A DNA stretch of 64,000 nucleotides, from the NCBI GenBank assembly GCA_964479945.1, contig CAYZNS010000006.1, positions 1,107-65,106 of the forward strand, in the 5' to 3' direction. Numbering within the stretch: position 1 is the stretch's first letter; every line of letters starts with the position of its first letter. The notes beneath the pieces are model-generated. The model was not told the origin of the DNA, searched no databases, and was given only the letters and a program-made list of their open reading frames with translations. A program made the translations under genes and the position numbers. The stretch comes from an uncultured Candidatus Saccharibacteria bacterium. Lineage in GTDB: Bacteria; Patescibacteriota; Minisyncoccia; Ryanbacterales; 2-02-FULL-48-12. Shown here one piece after another: positions 58,485-64,000 of this stretch.

Positions 58485-58715
58485 CTATTGCGATTCGCTG
58501 ATTGCCGCTTCCAGCTCTGCGTCTATCTCGGCAAATTCTCCATCGAGATTCTCCAGATCAGTTTCATCCAATTCTCGCTCAATGGCGGAAACCGAGGCAT
58601 CGTTGCTTGCGGCGGGAAACGTATCTATCGGTTCCCGCTGTGACAAAGACATGAAATACACAATTCCTAAAATCACAACGGCGATACCAATAAAAATAAG
58701 GAGATTTTTATTCAT
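58485..58715 (-). CDS. Small single-TM acidic protein
   Basis: N-terminal TM; IERELDETDLENLDGE. Confidence 0.75.
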   Translation of the reverse strand: MNKNLLIFIGIAVVILGIVYFMSLSQREPIDTFPAASNDASVSAIERELDETDLENLDGEFAEIDAELEAAISESQ

Positions 58716-58742
58716 ATACCTTGATTTTTATGTTATGTACTG

Positions 58743-59495
58743 CTAATTTCCTTCACTCTCTCCGCCACCATCTTCGTCATCAGCACTGTCATTGTCTTCC
58801 TTTTCCATCAATTGACCTTTTTTGATTTCTTTAACTACTTCTACCAGCGCGGCGTGCGCTTCGCGGAGCGCTGCTTTAACGTCTTCAAACGCCAGTCGCG
58901 CGTTGCCAATTGCTTCCGCAGGGTTGTCTGATTCGGGCGCGGCGCGCAATTCTGCCGCAGCTTCATCTAATTCCGCTTGCGCTGTCGCTATTGCCTCGCG
59001 CGCGTCTGCAAGAAGCGGCCGCAATGTGCTCACATCCGCGCCATCACCTTCCAGTACGTCAACACGATCCTCAATTTTATCCGCAAGCACGGATAGGCGG
59101 TTTATCGCCGATTGCATCCGCTGAATAAGGCGTTCTATATGGTTTTTAATAACCTGCTTTCGGCGCTCGGAAAGCTGCACTTTACGCTCCGCCCATTGCC
59201 GACGCAATTCTTCATGGCGATCCTCAATCTGCTGTTTCATTTTATCTCTTCGCTCGAGGGCTTCCGCTTTGCGCGCTTCAAAATTCTCGCGCATTTCTTC
59301 TCTCTGTTCCTGCATCCGCGCGCGTTGCGTCTCCATCCGCATGCGCTGTTCTTCCGATAACCCCTGTGTTACCGGATCAGGCGGCGGCGACGCATCCTGC
59401 GCGAACACAACGGCTCCATTTCCGCTCACAAAAAACAATGCAAGCAAAATGGCAAGTATTGATTTCTTGCTTTGTATGTTTATCATATAAGCCAA
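58743..59495 (-). CDS. Exported coiled-coil protein
   Basis: Signal peptide ending VFAQ; E/R-rich heptads. Confidence 0.8.
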   Translation of the reverse strand: MAYMINIQSKKSILAILLALFFVSGNGAVVFAQDASPPPDPVTQGLSEEQRMRMETQRARMQEQREEMRENFEARKAEALERRDKMKQQIEDRHEELRRQWAERKVQLSERRKQVIKNHIERLIQRMQSAINRLSVLADKIEDRVDVLEGDGADVSTLRPLLADAREAIATAQAELDEAAAELRAAPESDNPAEAIGNARLAFEDVKAALREAHAALVEVVKEIKKGQLMEKEDNDSADDEDGGGESEGN

Positions 59496-59530
59496 CCATT
59501 AATTTATAATAATCTTATTATAACCATACC

Positions 59531-60865
59531 ATGATAATTACCGCAATAGAAACATCGTGCGATGAGACGGCAATTGCCGTTATTCAAACCGCCGGCGGAG
59601 GACGCGGCTTTCGCGTACTCTCCAATTTGGTGCTTTCGCAAGCTAATCTTCATGCCGAATGGGGCGGCGTGGTACCGAATTTGGCTAAACGAGAACACGA
59701 AAAAGCTTTGGTACCCATGCTTTTACAGGCATTGGACGAAACAGGGCTTTTTGAATCAAGAATCATGAATTATGAATCAAGGAAAAAAAACAAAACCCAT
59801 AATTCAAAATTCATAATTCATAATTCAATTCTAGAAAAGAATGAAGAACTTAGAAAATCTTTTGAAGCGCATATTACAAGCATCTCGCGCCCAAACATAG
59901 ATATAATCGCCGTAACGCAGGGGCCGGGGCTGGAACCGGCATTATGGGTAGGCGTTAATTTCGCGCGGGCGCTCTCGGCGCTGTGGAATATTCCGTTGTT
60001 AGGTGTAAACCATATGGAAGGACACATCGTCTCGGCGAGAATCGCCGAGACGGACGCAAAACGTAAAACGCAAAACGTAAAACTACAACTCAAAACTCAA
60101 AAACCTAAAACCTATCACCTAAAACCTATCACCTGCCCCGCGCTTGCATTGCTGGTCAGTGGTGGTCACACGGAATTGGTACTTATGAAAAAGCCGCTGC
60201 ACTATGAAATTATCGGCGAAACGCGGGATGACGCGGCAGGCGAAGCGTTTGATAAGGTGGCACGGCTTCTCGGCCTTCCCTATCCTGGAGGACCCGCCAT
60301 AGCTCAGCAAGCTGATCTATGGAATTTCCAATTTCCAATCCGCCAGCTGGCGGACAATTTCCAAACAAATTCCAAAATCAAAAATCAAAATTCCAAACAA
60401 AAATTACGAGTTACGGATTACGAGTTACGGATTACGCTCCCTAGGCCGATGATAAACACAAAAGACTTTGACTTTTCGTTTTCCGGCTTAAAGACTGCCG
60501 TTCTTTATCTCATACGAGACTTAGAAAAATGCGGTGAAAACATCAAAAAACTTCGTCCTGCCATCTGCAAAGAATTTCAAGATGCCGTGGTAGATGTGCT
60601 TGTTGCAAAAACCATCCGCGCGGCAAAGGAATATAAGGCAAAAACGATTCTTCTTGGCGGCGGCGTCGCCGCAAATAAGGAACTCCGCAAGCGCCTTGCG
60701 GAAGAAATTAAAACTCAGCTACCACGTTCTACGTTCCACGTTCCACGTTCTACTCTTACGGGTGACAACGCGCTCATGATAGCCGTCGCGGCAATGGAAC
60801 GCGCAAAACAAGCAAAAAAAACAACATGGAAAACGCTCAAACCGGACGCAAATATGCGATTTTGA
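59531..60865 (+). CDS. tsaD: tRNA threonylcarbamoyladenosine transferase TsaD with four repeat-derived insertions
   Basis: IETSCDET, GGVVP, GPGL, HMEGH, SGGHT, DDAAGEAFDK, FSFSGLKT, DNALMIA. Confidence 0.97.
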   Translation: MIITAIETSCDETAIAVIQTAGGGRGFRVLSNLVLSQANLHAEWGGVVPNLAKREHEKALVPMLLQALDETGLFESRIMNYESRKKNKTHNSKFIIHNSILEKNEELRKSFEAHITSISRPNIDIIAVTQGPGLEPALWVGVNFARALSALWNIPLLGVNHMEGHIVSARIAETDAKRKTQNVKLQLKTQKPKTYHLKPITCPALALLVSGGHTELVLMKKPLHYEIIGETRDDAAGEAFDKVARLLGLPYPGGPAIAQQADLWNFQFPIRQLADNFQTNSKIKNQNSKQKLRVTDYELRITLPRPMINTKDFDFSFSGLKTAVLYLIRDLEKCGENIKKLRPAICKEFQDAVVDVLVAKTIRAAKEYKAKTILLGGGVAANKELRKRLAEEIKTQLPRSTFHVPRSTLTGDNALMIAVAAMERAKQAKKTTWKTLKPDANMRF

Positions 60866-60906
60866 AAGCATCTATTTGCCAAGCTTTATGGTACAGTAGA
60901 AGTGTT

Positions 60907-61137
60907 ATGAGAAAAAAGAACAGGTCACTTCCAGGGACCGTTGCATACTTTGCCAAAAACTTCAGCATTGTGATGAGTCTTGTGCTTATCTGGCGCGGCG
61001 TGTGGTATGTTCTGGACGCGTTTGACATATTTGCGTTTGCAGGCAACCATATTTTCTCGGCCGTAGGCGGCATCATCATCGGCTTACTGCTTCTCTATCT
61101 GCCGGATAAGGATTTAAAAGAGATTGAAAAGTTGTGA
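60907..61137 (+). CDS. Small two-TM membrane protein
   Basis: LIWRGVWYVLD...LLYLPD. Confidence 0.75.
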   Translation: MRKKNRSLPGTVAYFAKNFSIVMSLVLIWRGVWYVLDAFDIFAFAGNHIFSAVGGIIIGLLLLYLPDKDLKEIEKL

Positions 61138-61226
61138 AAATATCAAAATACATCCATTCATGCATCCTTGTGGAATCAGGGGATGTGAAAGTATTGTTTG
61201 ATCCCGGCTGGCGGAGGTGGGGATAA
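61134..61226 (+). pseudogene. N-terminal fragment of a metallo-beta-lactamase-fold hydrolase
   Basis: GTGA overlap with the upstream stop; MKISKYIHSCILVESGDVKVLFDPG then WRRWG*. Confidence 0.7.
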
Positions 61227-61272
61227 CCCAATTCCCCTTGTCTTCCTGCGTAGACATGGTATGATGCAGCGT

Positions 61273-61515
61273 ATGGTGCAAGTAACAGAAACAACGAAAA
61301 TAAAAAACGGCTCCGTTGTGCTTCCGCGCGAACTGCGCGCAACGTGGAAAGACGCCGAAGTATTTCTGCGTTCCTCCGATGATACGATTGTTATCAAAAA
61401 AATGCAGAAAGCGCCATTTTGGAACACCTGGAAAAAGCTTGGCGCCCTGAAAACGAAAATTAACCGCAAAGATATTGATGACGCGATAACGTGGGCACGG
61501 AGACGATCAAAGTAA
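61273..61515 (+). CDS. AbrB-like antitoxin
   Basis: TTKIKNGSVVLPRELR...DTIVIKK...DIDDAI. Confidence 0.75.
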   Translation: MVQVTETTKIKNGSVVLPRELRATWKDAEVFLRSSDDTIVIKKMQKAPFWNTWKKLGALKTKINRKDIDDAITWARRRSK

Positions 61516-61925
61516 TCTTGGACACGAATGTTCTCATATCAGCGCTTCTTTGGCAAGGAACTACCAAAGAAATATTTCAGCTTTCAAAAGATGAACAGAT
61601 TGTCATCTGTATATCGCGAGAAACGTTTGATTAATTTCAACGCGTTCTTACTTATCAAAAATTTAAAGAACACCTTGCAACCATCGGCAAATCGCCGCAA
61701 CAGGTAGCTGATGAACTTCTTGAGATAGCATCCTATTATGCGACAAATGATATCCCGCTTACCGTTATTAAAAATGATCCATCAGATAACGAATTTCTCA
61801 AGTGCGCTGCTGTTGCAGAGGCAGCATATATTGTCTCCGGCGACGCGCATCTGTTTAAGCTCAAAAAATTCCGTGGAATCCCCATTGTTCCGCCGAATAC
61901 GTTCTTAAAAATCCTCAAAGTTTGA
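61491..61925 (+). pseudogene. PIN-family toxin with an in-frame TAA at 61632-61634
   Basis: KVILDTNVLISALL...ETFD*FQRVL...DPSDNEFL...IVSGDAHL. Confidence 0.85.
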
Positions 61926-62025
61926 GCTCCAAATACAACTAGTCCTTCACCTTCTATATCATCCACATCCTCCCTGTCCTAGGAAAGCGGGAAGGTGGGG
62001 ATAAAATGTATGCTATACTAACCAC

Positions 62026-62709
62026 ATGCCGGATCAGGAATTGCCAAGGCGTGCGCGGAGGCGCAGAAACGGTGGACGTCTTTCAGCGCTCCTTACCAAA
62101 CACCGCGTGGAGACGTTAAGCGACAGCGTGTTCGCCATTGTAATGACCATCCTGGTACTTGATATCAAAGTGCCGGTGTTTTATTCGCCGCTTACCGATA
62201 CGCAATTGCAGCAAAGCCTGCAGAAACTCTGGCCGGTGTTCGGCGGATATGTCGTGAGCTTTTTGGTACTTTCCATGTTCTGGATGAGCCATCATGTGCT
62301 GTTCCATGCATTCTCCAAAAACGTAAACCGCCAGATCGTTTCTATCAATACGCTGTTTCTCCTGTTCGTCGCTTTCATTCCCTTCTCCACGCACCTGCTC
62401 GGCGTGTACCATGAACACCGCACCGCCATATTTATATATGGCACGAATGTGGTGATAATCGGATTGATGCTTGTCTCCATGTTCATCTATGCGCTCAACT
62501 CGCGGGAAATTAAAAACGGCCGGTTGAGCGAAGAGACCGTCCGCAAAGTAAAAACGCGTATTATGCTGCCGCCCGTATTTGCCGTGCTTGCCATGCTGGC
62601 ATCGCCCTACTCCATACCGGCAAGTTTGTTTCTGTTCGCGTTTCCTATCGTATTCAATATTATTCCCGGATCGCTAACCGCGATTGAACGAATGTTTCAG
62701 CGAAGCTGA
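62026..62709 (+). CDS. TMEM175-family potassium channel
   Basis: RVETLSDSVFAIVMTILVL, WMSHH, FIPF. Confidence 0.92.
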   Translation: MPDQELPRRARRRRNGGRLSALLTKHRVETLSDSVFAIVMTILVLDIKVPVFYSPLTDTQLQQSLQKLWPVFGGYVVSFLVLSMFWMSHHVLFHAFSKNVNRQIVSINTLFLLFVAFIPFSTHLLGVYHEHRTAIFIYGTNVVIIGLMLVSMFIYALNSREIKNGRLSEETVRKVKTRIMLPPVFAVLAMLASPYSIPASLFLFAFPIVFNIIPGSLTAIERMFQRS

Positions 62710-62710
62710 A

Positions 62711-64000
62711 TTATACTACCGCAATGGTCTCTGCGGCTTCATGCATCTCCGAAATCTCCGGCAGTTCCACACCAGCAGGTATTTTTTCGTAGATATGATA
62801 CTTGTTCATAAGCGTCAGCAACACGCCGTTGGTCCAGCCGAACCCGTCCTGCAACTCATACTCGCCGCCCGCGGCAAGCGATTCTAAGTCCTCTATATTG
62901 TACTTTTCAAGAAGAAGCCCCGTTTTTTCAAACACGGAAATATTAAGCGTGCACCAGCGCAGGGCAATTTCTTTGGCAAGTTCATGCGCGCCGTACCGCT
63001 CTAAACCCATTACGGTCATATAAACCATGGGCGCCCAGCCATTCGGCGCGTCCCACTGCTCGCCGGTGGTTTCCAAAGTGGTGGCCACGCCGCCCGGACG
63101 CAGAAACTTCTCTTCCACCGCCTCAATTACCCGCGCGGCCTGTTCGGTGGTAGCAGCGCCGGCAAAAAGCGGGTAGAGACCGGCAATAGTCGGCTTCGTA
63201 TTGAGTCGCTTCTCGGAGTGAATATAATCGCCGTACCAGCCCGCATCTTCGTCCCATAGGTATTTCTGAATTGCGTCTCTACGCGCTTGAGAGAGCTTAT
63301 CGTACCGTGCTGAGAGATTAAACTTGCCTTCCCGCTGATACACGCGCGAAAGCAGCTCTTCGGTGAGTAATAAGAGGCAATTTAAATCCACCGGCACCAA
63401 ATCCGTAACGCGGATGCTCTCGCGCCCGCCGCCATCCGCAAACCAGCGGGAGCTGTAATCCCAGCCCGTCTCCGCGCCCGCGCGCATGTTGCGGTAGAAA
63501 TTCGCGGACTCGTCAATGCGCCGGCCAACAGCCACATCCTCGCCAAAACTCTCCTCGCGCGGGGAGATGGAGGAATCCCAGTAGCGGTTCAGAAGCTCGC
63601 CGCCGGGCATGCGCACGACGTGCTCCGAGGTATGCGAAATTCCTTTGACAAACGCCTGCCGCTCGCTGCCCCGCATCCAATATTTGTACTCTTTGACCAT
63701 AAGCAGCCGATATTCGTCAAAAACCTGCTCGCCGCGAATCTCCGCAAGAAGCGCTACCATAAGGGAAAACACCGGCGGCTGGGAGCGCGTAAGGTAATAC
63801 GTGCGATTGCCGTTCGGTATAAATCCGTAGCGGCTGATCATATACGCGAAATTTCGAACCATGTCCTCAATAAGGTCATCCTTGCCGCTCTCACGCAGGC
63901 CCAGCATGGTAAAATACGCGTCCCAGTAATAAATCTCGCGGAAACGGCCACCCGGCGTGACGTAATTGTGCGGCAAGTCCAACAGCGACGAAAACCTGTT
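62711..64000 (-). CDS. Alpha,alpha-trehalase (GH37); 5' end beyond the window
   Basis: PGGRFREIYYWD, RSQPP, AETGWDYSSRW, QWDAPNGWAP, GFGWTNG. Confidence 0.95.
   Translation of the reverse strand, partial: NRFSSLLDLPHNYVTPGGRFREIYYWDAYFTMLGLRESGKDDLIEDMVRNFAYMISRYGFIPNGNRTYYLTRSQPPVFSLMVALLAEIRGEQVFDEYRLLMVKEYKYWMRGSERQAFVKGISHTSEHVVRMPGGELLNRYWDSSISPREESFGEDVAVGRRIDESANFYRNMRAGAETGWDYSSRWFADGGGRESIRVTDLVPVDLNCLLLLTEELLSRVYQREGKFNLSARYDKLSQARRDAIQKYLWDEDAGWYGDYIHSEKRLNTKPTIAGLYPLFAGAATTEQAARVIEAVEEKFLRPGGVATTLETTGEQWDAPNGWAPMVYMTVMGLERYGAHELAKEIALRWCTLNISVFEKTGLLLEKYNIEDLESLAAGGEYELQDGFGWTNGVLLTLMNKYHIYEKIPAGVELPEISEMHEAAETIAVV

Noticed and set aside
61632-61634. Stop-codon recoding or alternative genetic code
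   Set aside because: It is a single TAA; other genes end normally at TAA, TAG and TGA, so a nonsense mutation or sequencing error is simpler.
1-64000. Diversity-generating retroelement, retron or group II intron as the source of the repeats
   Set aside because: No reverse transcriptase ORF and no template/variable repeat pair with A-specific mismatches were seen in the window.

Overview
Bacterial chromosomal window in the standard genetic code (TGA = stop). Gene content and style suggest Patescibacteria/CPR, probably Parcubacteria (inference). Core genes include ftsH (with a 456-aa LAGLIDADG intein), dprA, topA, relA/spoT, parAB, folD, glyA, a zwf-gnd fusion, a ccdA/thioredoxin cluster, rluA, tsaD, a TMEM175 channel and a trehalase. 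There are five tRNAs, six toxin-antitoxin modules (two apparently broken), a type II restriction-modification locus whose methyltransferase is fused to LexA, and a truncated IS630. The main unexplained signal is a set of tiny DNA elements. (1) A 16-nt palindrome (TCCGCCAGCTGGCGGA-type) and 7-11-nt tandem-repeat tracts sit in-frame inside topA and tsaD and in the D-loop of tRNA-Lys; a 44-nt copy is shared 42/44 between topA and tsaD but read in different frames. (2) Nested REP/MITE-like palindromes have interchangeable inner hairpins. (3) Two elements have stuttered, reiterated ends. (4) A 47-55 kb block of small orphan genes is separated by a conserved long-hairpin plus boxA-like spacer family. 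All calls are by eye; no database searches were run.
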